Below, one piece after another: positions 9,585 to 20,361 of a stretch of 64,000 bases of DNA (its first letter is position 1; the number at the start of each line of letters is the position of its first letter). The position numbers and the translations under genes were made by a program. The notes beneath the pieces are model-generated. The model was not told the origin of the DNA. It made no database searches and worked only from the letters and a program-made list of their open reading frames with translations. Source of the DNA: Terriglobales bacterium (lineage in GTDB: Bacteria > Acidobacteriota > Terriglobia > Terriglobales > Acidobacteriaceae). The stretch lies in the NCBI GenBank assembly GCA_035496875.1, contig DATJEH010000219.1, positions 3,791 to 67,790 on the forward strand, read 5' to 3'.

Positions 9585-10958
9585 ATGCTGGTGATGAAAT
9601 TCGGCGGCACTTCAGTGGAAAATGCCGCCGCCATAGAGCGTGTGGCCGAGATCGTGCGGGGACGGCGAGCGCAACTGCCTGTGGTGGTGGTCAGCGCCAT
9701 GGCTAAGGTCACCGACAGCCTGCTGGCCATGGCCCGGGCGGCTGGGGCCGGCGACCGCGAGCGCGCCCTCGAACTCTCGCGCGGCCTGCGTGAGCGCCAC
9801 TACACCACCGCGGGAGAGCTGCTGGGCACCGGCCTGTTTACCCAGTTTCACTCCGAGTTGGAAGCGGAATGCGACGCCCTGGACGAACTGCTGCGCGGAA
9901 TCGCCGCCGTGGGCGAACTCACCCCACGCACTTCCGACCACGTGGTTTCCTTCGGGGAACGGCTTTCCAGCAAGATGGTGACTTCCGCCTTTTCCGCCCG
10001 CGGCATTGATTCCCAACTTGTGGATGCGCGCCAGTGCATCGTCACCGACGGAACTCACACCCGGGCGGCGCCGCTGATGGAGCAAACCAACCATCGCCTG
10101 CGCACGCGGCTGAAGCCGGTAGTGGACCACGAGCGCGTCCCGGTCATGGGCGGGTTTATCGGGGCGACGGAGGAAGGAATCACCACCACTATCGGACGCG
10201 GCGGGTCGGATTTTTCCGCTGCCATCGTGGGCGCGGGCCTGGGGGCCGAGCGCATCGAGATCTGGACGGACGTGGACGGCATGATGACCACCGATCCCGG
10301 CATTTGCCCGGAGGCGCGGCGCATCAAGGCGATCTCTTTCGAAGAGGCGGCCGAACTGGCCTACTTCGGAGCCAAGGTGCTGCACCCGGCAACCTTGCTG
10401 CCGGCCATCCAGAAGAACATTCCGGTGTACATTCTGAATTCGCGCAATCCGGCCTGCGAGGGCACCCGCATTACGGCGCAGGCGCCGGTGTGCCGCAGCA
10501 CCTTCAAGGCGATTGCGGCCAAGAAGCGCATCACCATTGTGGACATCGTGGCTACGCGCATGCTGATGGCGCACGGCTTCATGCGCGCCATCTTTGAGGT
10601 TTTCGACCGGCACCGCTGCGCCGTGGATGTGGTTTCCACTTCCGAGGTGAGCGTATCGGTGACCGTGGATTCCAACGAGGCCATTCCCGCCATCGCCGCC
10701 GAACTGGGCAAGCTGGCGGACGTAAAATACGAGGGGCGCAAGGCGATTGTGTGCCTGGTGGGCGACAACATTCGGGGCACGCCCGGGGTGGCGGCCAAGG
10801 TGTTCACCACGCTGGGCGACATTAACGTGCGCATGATTTCGCAAGGCGCGTCGGAGATCAATTTGACGTTCGTGGTGGAGGAAGAGGACGTGCCCGAGGT
10901 CGTGCGGCGGCTTCATGGCACGTTTTTCGCCGAGCCCGATCCGGAGATTTTTGCATAA
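9585..10958 (+). CDS. lysC: aspartate kinase
   Basis: VMKFGGTSV, VVVVSAM, GRGGSD, C-terminal ACT-like repeats. Confidence 0.9.
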   Translation: MLVMKFGGTSVENAAAIERVAEIVRGRRAQLPVVVVSAMAKVTDSLLAMARAAGAGDRERALELSRGLRERHYTTAGELLGTGLFTQFHSELEAECDALDELLRGIAAVGELTPRTSDHVVSFGERLSSKMVTSAFSARGIDSQLVDARQCIVTDGTHTRAAPLMEQTNHRLRTRLKPVVDHERVPVMGGFIGATEEGITTTIGRGGSDFSAAIVGAGLGAERIEIWTDVDGMMTTDPGICPEARRIKAISFEEAAELAYFGAKVLHPATLLPAIQKNIPVYILNSRNPACEGTRITAQAPVCRSTFKAIAAKKRITIVDIVATRMLMAHGFMRAIFEVFDRHRCAVDVVSTSEVSVSVTVDSNEAIPAIAAELGKLADVKYEGRKAIVCLVGDNIRGTPGVAAKVFTTLGDINVRMISQGASEINLTFVVEEEDVPEVVRRLHGTFFAEPDPEIFA

Positions 10959-11060
10959 GTAGCTGGCTAGCTATCTAGCTGCCTGGCTGACCAGCTTAAG
11001 CCAACTTGCCGCGACCGGCCAGTCAGCTAGTAAGCTAGGCAGCCAGTCAGCACATTCTCT
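10959..11060. repeat. imperfect palindromic intergenic element built from 8-nt phased words
   Basis: AGCT/GGCT at 10961, 10969, 10977, 10985, 10993. AGCT/AGCC/AGCA at 11025, 11033, 11041, 11049. The arms are about 85% complementary (CTAGCTATCTAGCTGCCTGGC vs reverse complement CTAGCTTACTAGCTGACTGGC). Confidence 0.7.
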
Positions 11061-11072
11061 TGAGTTGCACAG

Positions 11073-11756
11073 ATGATCCTTATCATCCTGGGCCGGGGTA
11101 AGACGGGCACGCTGGTGGCGGAAGTGGCGCGCCAGCGCGGGCATGAAGCGCGAGTGCTGGGCGGCGCGGACAACCGTAATGCCGCCGGGCTCACGCCACA
11201 GACGCTGCGTGATGTCGCCGTGGTGATTGACTTCACCACCCCGCAGGCCGTGCTCGACAACATCGCCGCCTGCGTACACGCGCGCAAGAACATAGTGGTC
11301 GGCACTACGGGCTGGTACGACCAACTGCCCCGCATTCGGGAAGTGGTGGCCCAGAGCGGCATTGGCTTGCTCTACGCGTCCAATTTCTCGGTGGGGGTAA
11401 ATGTTTTCTTTGAAATTGCCCGAGCGGCAGCCGCCGCCCTGCATCATGGCTATGCTGGCGAAATCATGGAGCGCCATCACGCCCAGAAGAAGGACGCGCC
11501 TTCAGGAACGGCCCTGACGCTGCAGAAAATCTTGCGCCAGGACGGCGGGCAGGAACTGGAAATTGTCTCCCTGCGCGAGGGGGAAACCGTGGGCCTGCAC
11601 GAAATTGTGCTGGACTCGCGCCATGACACCATCCGCCTGGCCCACGATGGCAAATCCCGCCGCGGCTTTGCCGAGGGCGCGGTGCGCGCGGCAGAGTGGC
11701 TGGCCGGGCGCAGCGGCTTCTTCGATTTTCGCCAGGTCTGGCGGGAACTGCGGTGA
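11073..11756 (+). CDS. dapB: 4-hydroxy-tetrahydrodipicolinate reductase
   Basis: ERHHAQKKDAPSGTAL motif; size and context within the dap cluster. Confidence 0.85.
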   Translation: MILIILGRGKTGTLVAEVARQRGHEARVLGGADNRNAAGLTPQTLRDVAVVIDFTTPQAVLDNIAACVHARKNIVVGTTGWYDQLPRIREVVAQSGIGLLYASNFSVGVNVFFEIARAAAAALHHGYAGEIMERHHAQKKDAPSGTALTLQKILRQDGGQELEIVSLREGETVGLHEIVLDSRHDTIRLAHDGKSRRGFAEGAVRAAEWLAGRSGFFDFRQVWRELR

Positions 11757-11828
11757 AGCAGCACTTGGCATTTAGCACTTGGCGCTTGGCCAAGCAGCAA
11801 GTAGCCATTAGCACTCAGCCTCTGAGCG
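11757..11828. repeat. imperfect palindromic intergenic element built from 7-nt phased words
   Basis: GC dinucleotides at 11761, 68, 75, 82, 89, then 11797, 804, 811, 818. Centre TTGGCCAA (11786-11793). Units GCACTTG GCATTTA GCACTTG GCGCTTG. Confidence 0.65.
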
Positions 11829-11878
11829 GGTTGCGGATAAATGCGAACTGCTTCCCCCTTGGTTTATCCTATTAGCTT

Positions 11879-13330
11879 ATGAACCTCCGTGGCTGTGGCA
11901 CAGCACTGGTCACTCCCTTTCGCCACGATGGTGCGGTGGACGAAGCGGCGCTGCGCGAACTGGTGGCCTGGCAGGTGGAGTCGGGTGTTGACTTCCTTGT
12001 TCCCTGCGGCACCACCGGCGAAACCCCTACGCTGTCGCGCAAGGAATGGCTGCGCGTGGTGGAACTGACGGTGGAGGTGGCAGCCGGGCGCGTGCCCATC
12101 GTGGCCGGAGCGACTTCCAACTGCACGCGCGACGCCATTGAGAAGGCGCGCGTGCTTTCCGACCGGGCGGGTGTGGACGCCATTCTTACTGCCTCGCCTT
12201 ACTACAACAAGCCCACGCAGGAAGGCCAGTTCCAGCACTTCCGCGCCATTGCGCAGGCCGTGAAGAAGCCGCTCATTCTTTACAATGTACCCGGCCGCAC
12301 CGGGGCCAATATCGAACCTGCCACCCTGGGACGCCTGGCGCATATCCGCAACATCATCGCGGTAAAAGAAGCCAGCGGCAACCTGGGACAGATCGTGGAG
12401 GTGTTCAACGCCGTTCCCGCCGGTTTCCTGGTGTTCTCCGGCGACGACGCGGTGACTCTGCCCATCATTTCCCTGGGAGGCGCCGGCATTATTTCGGTGG
12501 TGTCCAACGAAATTCCCCGCGAGATGGCGGAGATGACCCGGGCGGCGCTGAATAACGACTGGGAAACAGCCCGCCGGTTGCATCGCAAATACCTGCCCCT
12601 GATGCAGGCTAACTTCCTGGAATCGAATCCCATTCCGGTGAAGGCGGCGCTGGCCATGATGGGCAGGATTCGCGAGGTTTACCGGCTGCCCCTGACGCGC
12701 ATGAAGGAAGAGACGCGCGCCAAGCTGGAGAAGGTGATGACCGGCGCAGGATTGGAGATCAAGGCGGCAGAACCCGCGCCGCCCCGGCGGCCGCGTCCAG
12801 CGATGGCGGCAGCAGCCGCAGTTTCCGAGCCGGGGGCCGCGGTGGCGGAACCTGCGCAGCCGTTTGAATCGGGAGTTGCGGCAGGAGACAATGGAAACGC
12901 GGTAGAGGAGCCAGCTTCAGTTACAGAGACCATCGTGGATGCAGCGACGGCGATACCACCCATGGCGGCCAGCCAGAGCACCGGCCAAAGCGGTGGCGCT
13001 GCGGCTGTCCAGGAGGAAACGGCAGCGGGCGCGGTGGCGGTAGCCGAGGAATCGCCGGCTGCGGTTTCAGCTCCGGCGCCCGTGCAAGCCGCGCCCGAGC
13101 CGGTGACATTCTTTCTATATGAGAGCTGGCAGGCGGGACCACACAAGCTCGCCCTCCACCGCTCTACCTGCGGCGCCTGCCGCGGCGGCACCGCTCACCC
13201 CGGCGGAGGAGATGAAGCTCGCTCGCGCTGGCACGGGCCCTACACCAGCGTGCAGGAGGCGCGAGAAACGTCGCGCGGCATGAGCAACATCCTGATACGA
13301 AGCGAATGTAAGTGCGTGAGTAAGAGCTAG
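11879..13330 (+). CDS. dapA: 4-hydroxy-tetrahydrodipicolinate synthase with an Ala/Pro/Glu-rich linker of about 115 aa and a 75-aa Cys-motif C-terminal domain
   Basis: GTALVTPF, VPCGTTGE, YNVPGRTG, KEASG (catalytic Lys region). The DapA fold ends near aa 293. The frame stays open to 13330. Confidence 0.85.
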   Translation: MNLRGCGTALVTPFRHDGAVDEAALRELVAWQVESGVDFLVPCGTTGETPTLSRKEWLRVVELTVEVAAGRVPIVAGATSNCTRDAIEKARVLSDRAGVDAILTASPYYNKPTQEGQFQHFRAIAQAVKKPLILYNVPGRTGANIEPATLGRLAHIRNIIAVKEASGNLGQIVEVFNAVPAGFLVFSGDDAVTLPIISLGGAGIISVVSNEIPREMAEMTRAALNNDWETARRLHRKYLPLMQANFLESNPIPVKAALAMMGRIREVYRLPLTRMKEETRAKLEKVMTGAGLEIKAAEPAPPRRPRPAMAAAAAVSEPGAAVAEPAQPFESGVAAGDNGNAVEEPASVTETIVDAATAIPPMAASQSTGQSGGAAAVQEETAAGAVAVAEESPAAVSAPAPVQAAPEPVTFFLYESWQAGPHKLALHRSTCGACRGGTAHPGGGDEARSRWHGPYTSVQEARETSRGMSNILIRSECKCVSKS

Positions 13331-13420
13331 CATTCAGCGCTCAGCCGTCAGCATTCAGCCCTTGGACATGTGGTGCGGTCGCGTGGCTGAATGCTGAGTG
13401 CTGATTGCTGAGTGGTGCGA
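13330..13420. repeat. heptamer-phased palindromic element; probable bidirectional terminator between convergent dapA and the GT4 gene
   Basis: Left arm GCATTCA GCGCTCA GCCGTCA GCATTCA, right arm GCTGAAT GCTGAGT GCTGATT GCTGAGT, all in one 7-nt phase. 13-bp perfect pairing of 13348-13360 with 13385-13397. Confidence 0.8.
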
Positions 13421-13427
13421 ATCTGGT

Positions 13428-14510
13428 CTAGGCCGCCTTCCGTTGCGCGCCCGCCATGGCGAGCACGCGCCCATAGAGCTGCTCATAACCATCCCCCATC
13501 TGCGCAGCAGAGAAGTTCCGCTCGGCGTGGCGGCGGCAGTCTGCCGGGCTGATTTCCTCCACCTGCACGACGGCCTGGGCCATCTCCTCGACTGAGTTCA
13601 CCAGAAAACCGGTTACACCATGGCGCACCACTTCCGGAAGGGCGCCACGGCGAAAGGCAATGACGGGAGTGCCAGAGGCGGCAGCCTCCATGGCCACCAG
13701 GGAGCTGGTTTCATTCGCCAGGCTGGGTACCAGGACAGCACGAGCATGGCTCAGCAGGCGGATTTTCTGTGCGGGAGTGGGAGCCTCAGCCAGACGCACA
13801 CGCGGCAACCCATGGTTAAGGTGAGGCGCAATTTCCCGCTCGAAATATTGCTGGTGGTAGCTGAAGGGATACACCTGGCCGGCAAGGACCAGCGGCAGGC
13901 CAGCCATGCGCGCCGCCTGAATAGCCAGGTGGGCGCCCTTTTCCTGACAAAAACGGCCTAGCCACAGGAGATGGTCCTTCCTGCCCGCCGCCGGAGTAAA
14001 GCGCTGCAACTCGATTCCGTTGCGCACCACCCCCAGCAGCCGCGGAATATCGGAAAAGGAACGCGTCTGCGACTCCGAAACGCAGTTGAAGGAGACGTTC
14101 GCAGGGATGCTCTCTAACATGTCCGGCGGATAAAACGAACGCGGTAGATGCAACGTAGCCAGCACAGGAAGGCTAAGCACGGCGGCTTGCGGCCAGAAGG
14201 TGCCGCTCATGTCATGGACCAGGTGAAAACGCCTTGGGGTGCGCTGGCGGCGGGCAAGAAACTGCAATATGCGCGAGTTGTGCTCGCGGTCTCGCCGGGC
14301 AAGACCGTCAGGTTGTTGGGCAGCGGGGCCGGTCGCCAGCAACTCACCCGCTGCCCGGGAGCCCTCGCAGGCGGCAACAACTGTGCAGTGTCCGCGTTGC
14401 ATCATTTGCCCTTCGGTGACGCGCAGCATTTGCTCCGCCCCGCCGGCGCTCGCCTCCGAAACCGCCAGCAGCGGGTAAGCCACGTAAAGAATGCGCAGCC
14501 TTGGGTTCAT
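13428..14510 (-). CDS. family-4 (GT-B fold) glycosyltransferase
   Basis: N-terminal ILYVAY...ASAGGAEQML. C-terminal EASSLVAMEAAASGTPVIA (E-x7-E region). Confidence 0.8.
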   Translation of the reverse strand: MNPRLRILYVAYPLLAVSEASAGGAEQMLRVTEGQMMQRGHCTVVAACEGSRAAGELLATGPAAQQPDGLARRDREHNSRILQFLARRQRTPRRFHLVHDMSGTFWPQAAVLSLPVLATLHLPRSFYPPDMLESIPANVSFNCVSESQTRSFSDIPRLLGVVRNGIELQRFTPAAGRKDHLLWLGRFCQEKGAHLAIQAARMAGLPLVLAGQVYPFSYHQQYFEREIAPHLNHGLPRVRLAEAPTPAQKIRLLSHARAVLVPSLANETSSLVAMEAAASGTPVIAFRRGALPEVVRHGVTGFLVNSVEEMAQAVVQVEEISPADCRRHAERNFSAAQMGDGYEQLYGRVLAMAGAQRKAA

Positions 14511-15292
14511 GAGGACGCGGCGGGCACAGGCTCCGCCGATTGCAGAAAATTGGTGAAGGCGGCGCTGACATCGGCGCCTTTAATCGGCCACCCCCAGGCC
14601 TCGTAGTTCAGCACGCCGGAGTGGGGCGGCTGGGAGTAATCGTAAGCCGCCTGCGGCCGGAACCATTCGGTAGCCGCGCTGAACTGTTTCAGTACCTCAC
14701 CCTGCGAGGCATAGGCGGCGAGCATCTTATGTTTGGTTTTCTGCTCGTGTAGCGCGGGCTCAAGTGCAGTTTCGGTGCCGTTCAGGGATCGGAACTGCTG
14801 GCATAGTGTGCTGCCATCGGTTCTGCGGAAGTAGAGCGGCATTTCCCATGCCGGCAGAGAAAAACTGCGGGCCAGAAGCGAGGCAAGGAAGCTGCAACTG
14901 TCATGGTCAGGATGGCCGCCTTCGTATGCCAAGGTGAGCAGGGCCTGCGGCCGGTAGTGCCGGACCAGCGCCGAAAGACTTCCTATTGCCGGGTTTAGGC
15001 GCTGGAACAGTTCCTGATCGGTGAAGTAGCCACCGCCGGTTTGCAGGAATTCGATGTGGCGTACCCCGGCGTGGCCGAGCGATGCCCGCGCTTCCTGACG
15101 GCGCAGTTCGGCGTAGGCTTCGCGGGAGCCATACTTTCCCCAGAAATACTGGTCTTGAGGAGAGCCGTCAGTTCCGAATACCAGCACCGGTTCTTTCATG
15201 CGCTGCAACAGCGCTCCGCAGCCCACAGCCTCATCGTCAGGATGGGCGACGAGGACCAGCGTCTTCCCCAGCACGGGCGCAAGGGCGTCCAT
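14507..15292 (-). CDS. PIG-L/LmbE-family N-acetylglucosaminyl deacetylase
   Basis: VLVAHPDDEAVGCG zinc-binding motif and HPDHD. Start set at MDALAPV (15292); the longer ORF extension looks non-coding. 4-nt overlap with the GT4 gene start. Confidence 0.75.
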   Translation of the reverse strand: MDALAPVLGKTLVLVAHPDDEAVGCGALLQRMKEPVLVFGTDGSPQDQYFWGKYGSREAYAELRRQEARASLGHAGVRHIEFLQTGGGYFTDQELFQRLNPAIGSLSALVRHYRPQALLTLAYEGGHPDHDSCSFLASLLARSFSLPAWEMPLYFRRTDGSTLCQQFRSLNGTETALEPALHEQKTKHKMLAAYASQGEVLKQFSAATEWFRPQAAYDYSQPPHSGVLNYEAWGWPIKGADVSAAFTNFLQSAEPVPAASS

Positions 15293-15499
15293 GGGAAGTG
15301 AGATGCTGGGTGATTGAAGAATGTTGATTAAAGAATGATGAATGTCGCTGTTGGAGAGTGGTCTTTTCCTTCGAAAGGCGGCGCTCCCGCGACACGCCTC
15401 GGTGCTAAGGCAGCACCTCAGCATGACCCGCGCCGACATTGAGCTGTTGGGAGGCAGCAACGCCGTTTCAGGGCCAAATGCTGAATGCCAGCTGCTGGT

Positions 15500-16330
15500 T
15501 CACCGCAGCCAATCTTCCAGTTCGATGGCGCGGTCGGTGCGCTCATCCCGGTATTTGACTATGACCGGGGTGTAAAGGGACAAGTTCCATTCCGCCGCCT
15601 TGCCCTTGCCGATGGCACGCGAACCCGGAACCACCACAGCATTTGCCGGAACCGTGAGCGGCGACTCGGCGCCGGCGCGGTACACCTCGCCGCGCACAGT
15701 GTCGTACAGCGGGGTGGAGCGGGTCAGGATGGTGCCCGCGCCCAGCACGGCACGGGCCCTCACCCAGGTGCCTTCGTAAACGCCGCAGTTGCCGCCCACC
15801 AGCACGTCATCTTCAATAACCACGGGAGCGGCATTCACCGGCTCTAGGACGCCGCCGATCTGGGCGGCCGCGCTCAGGTGCACTCGCTTGCCAATCTGGG
15901 CGCAGGAGCCGACCAGAGCGTGCGAATCCACCAGCGTGCCTTCATCCACATAGGCGCCCACATTGATGTACATGGGCGGCATGCAGATGACCGAGGGCGC
16001 CACGTAAGCTCCCTCGCGCACGGAGGAGCCGCCCGGAACCACGCGCACACGCCCCGCAGGTTGGAAGCGGCGCAGAGGAAAGGTGTCTTTGTCCACGAAT
16101 GACAGGGCGCTATCGCCCATCTCCACCAGTTCGCCCAGGCGAAAACCAAGCAGGATGCCCTGCTTCACCCAGGCATTGACCACCCAGCGGTCGCCCTGCT
16201 TTTGGGCAGCGCGGATGCGGCCCCCGGTTAGAGCTTCGCGAAATTCCAAAAAAGTCTGACGCGCTTCCCCAGTAAGTGCCCCCGTGGGCTGAGCGAAATG
16301 GCGTTCGATCGCGGCCCGCAGTTTGTCCAT
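15500..16330 (-). CDS. dapD: tetrahydrodipicolinate N-succinyltransferase
   Basis: Left-handed beta-helix hexapeptide repeats ([37 protein letters not shown]). Start at MDKLRAAIE (16330). Confidence 0.85.
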   Translation of the reverse strand: MDKLRAAIERHFAQPTGALTGEARQTFLEFREALTGGRIRAAQKQGDRWVVNAWVKQGILLGFRLGELVEMGDSALSFVDKDTFPLRRFQPAGRVRVVPGGSSVREGAYVAPSVICMPPMYINVGAYVDEGTLVDSHALVGSCAQIGKRVHLSAAAQIGGVLEPVNAAPVVIEDDVLVGGNCGVYEGTWVRARAVLGAGTILTRSTPLYDTVRGEVYRAGAESPLTVPANAVVVPGSRAIGKGKAAEWNLSLYTPVIVKYRDERTDRAIELEDWLR

Positions 16331-16424
16331 TACCGGGCAGTATAACGAATGACGATGGAAGGGCTTGAGTAATTGTGTAATCGGATACCGGGGCAAAGGC
16401 GCATCTGGCCGCCTGCTCAGGCGG

Positions 16425-18290
16425 TCAATGGGATGCACCCTCGATAATCGCATGGGGAGAGGTCTTGCGGCCCTCGCGCGCGGCCTCCAGGCGGGCGGCG
16501 GAGTTGATGAGCGCGATATGGGTAAACGCCTGGGGGAAATTGCCCAGCTGTTCGCTATTGTCAGGGTCAATTTCCTCCGAAAACAGCCCTACATCGTTCT
16601 GGAATGACAACACGTGTTCAAACAGCTCCTCGGCTTCGCGCAGGCGGCCGAGAAGAATGTAAGCGTCAATTAACCAGAAAGTGCACATGGCGAAGGTACC
16701 CTTCTCCTCGCCGGAGACGCCGTCATTCACCTGCCGGTAGCGGTACACCAGTCCTTTGCGCACAAGCCGCTGCTCAATTTTGCGAATGGTGGAAAGCATG
16801 CGCGGATCGCCGGCGCCGATCAGTCCGATGATGGGCAGGCGCAGAGCGGAAGCATCCAGAGCATCGGAGCCGTAAGACTGAACAAAGGCGCCGACCTTGG
16901 CGTTGAAGCCGTTCTCCATAACGCTGGCGTAGATGGCGTCACGCTCGCGTTTCCAGAGCGCGATGTCACCCTCGCTCCCAAGGACATCGGCCAGCTTGAG
17001 GGCACGGTCGAGAGCGGTCCAGCACAGGGCCTTGGAATCCACGAACTGGCGTTGCTTGCCGCGCATTTCCCAGAGGCCGCTGTCAGGTTCTCTCCATACC
17101 CCGGCCACGTGGTCGGCAATCTGCCGAACCAGGCGCCAGAGCTCATGGATAAACCGCTCACGCCGCTGGGCGAAGGCTTCATGGCTGGCGTAAAGATAAA
17201 TGCACTGCACCAGTTCGCCGTAAACATCGAGCTGCTTCTGCCGGGCGGCGGCGTTGCCGAGGCGCACTGGACGCGAGTTGCGGTAGCCCTGGAGGTGCTT
17301 GAGTTCGATCTCCTCCTGGTCGTGTTCTCCGTTAATGCCATAGAGTATCTGAAACGATTTTCCCGGATTGGGGCAGGTGCGGCGGAAGAAGTGAAGAAAA
17401 TCGTCGGCCTCGCCGTAATAGCCGAGAACCATGAGAGCGGTCAGGGAAAAGCTGGCGTCCCGCACCCAGGTAAAGCGGTAATCCCAGTTACGCTCGCCAC
17501 CAATTTGTTCCGGCAAAGAGGTGGTGGGCGCGGCCACGATCGCCCCCGAAGGCTCAAAGGTGAGCAACTTGGCAATAAGCGCGCCGCGCCGCACGGAATC
17601 CCGGTAAACGCCCTCATAATGGCAGCTCCCAACCCAGGTTTCCCAATATTCGCGGGTTTCGGCCAGAAGGGCCTCCGCTCGGGGCAAGTCCATGGGCTCA
17701 ACGATGTTTCCTGGGCTGGCATGGCGCAGGCAGAGGAAAGTGGCTTCGCCGGCGCGCAGCCGCAGTTGGGCACCCGCCTTATCGCCTCCTTCAACCTGAA
17801 GGGTGGCGCCTTGCACCTGCAACTCGTCACCGCTGCCCCGGAAGACAAGAGCGCCATTGCGCATTTCGGCCTGGGCATGGTCCCGGGCAAAATTGAAGGT
17901 GGGATGTAGTTCGACGGCCGCTTCCACGGTTCCCGAAGTACAGCGCAGCAGGCGAACAATCTGGTGGTCGCTGTCCACGTCCTGGCCGGCGTGGGTGGGC
18001 TCGCGCCGCCGCCGCAGAGGCATCAAGTCGGTAAGTTGCAGCACCCCGGAGGCGGTGGTAAACGTCGTCTCCAGAATATTGGTGCCGGGCAGATAGCGGC
18101 GGGAGCGGGCTTTCACGTCGCTGGCCGTGATGCTGCAATAGCCGCCTTTTTCGTCATCCAGAATGCGGAGAAATACGGCTCCGCTGTTGAAGTGCGGCAA
18201 GCAGGCCCAGTCCAGCGAACCTTCCGAGCTGATCAGGGCGGCAGAGTGGGTATCGCCTATGACCGCATAGTCTTTGATTGGCCGGTACAC
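16425..18290 (-). CDS. glycoside hydrolase family 15 (glucoamylase/trehalase-like)
   Basis: N-terminal [30 protein letters not shown] and WVRDASF. An (alpha/alpha)6-type C-terminal half is expected by size. Confidence 0.85.
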   Translation of the reverse strand: MYRPIKDYAVIGDTHSAALISSEGSLDWACLPHFNSGAVFLRILDDEKGGYCSITASDVKARSRRYLPGTNILETTFTTASGVLQLTDLMPLRRRREPTHAGQDVDSDHQIVRLLRCTSGTVEAAVELHPTFNFARDHAQAEMRNGALVFRGSGDELQVQGATLQVEGGDKAGAQLRLRAGEATFLCLRHASPGNIVEPMDLPRAEALLAETREYWETWVGSCHYEGVYRDSVRRGALIAKLLTFEPSGAIVAAPTTSLPEQIGGERNWDYRFTWVRDASFSLTALMVLGYYGEADDFLHFFRRTCPNPGKSFQILYGINGEHDQEEIELKHLQGYRNSRPVRLGNAAARQKQLDVYGELVQCIYLYASHEAFAQRRERFIHELWRLVRQIADHVAGVWREPDSGLWEMRGKQRQFVDSKALCWTALDRALKLADVLGSEGDIALWKRERDAIYASVMENGFNAKVGAFVQSYGSDALDASALRLPIIGLIGAGDPRMLSTIRKIEQRLVRKGLVYRYRQVNDGVSGEEKGTFAMCTFWLIDAYILLGRLREAEELFEHVLSFQNDVGLFSEEIDPDNSEQLGNFPQAFTHIALINSAARLEAAREGRKTSPHAIIEGASH

Positions 18291-18435
18291 GGGTATTCAG
18301 AGTAACAAGGATCAGGGAGGGTTGTGCGGCTCCCGGCGCAGCGAAAACCAAGATCCACCACAGAGGCACGGAGAAGACAACTCTCCCAAGTTGTTTCCCC
18401 GCTCATAATTTTTGGCGCGGGCGCCCTCGCCCGCG

Positions 18436-20289
<1,854 letters not shown>

Positions 20290-20361
20290 GAGGTGTGCCC
20301 CGTTGGAATGGTGATGGACAAGCCCGGCAAGCAGCGCGGGCAACGTGCCGTGCCGGGAGCC

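Noticed and set aside
9612-10916. 434-aa ORF antisense to lysC. Similar long antisense ORFs occur at 19102-20265, 20674-21591, 26471-27631, 27831-28748, 49166-50707, 51841-53688, 54869-56092, 58745-59569 and 62964-63842.
   Set aside because: All lie opposite genes with clear family motifs. They have Arg/Gly/Pro/His-rich composition without motifs and lack SD sequences. These are typical shadow ORFs of GC-rich DNA.
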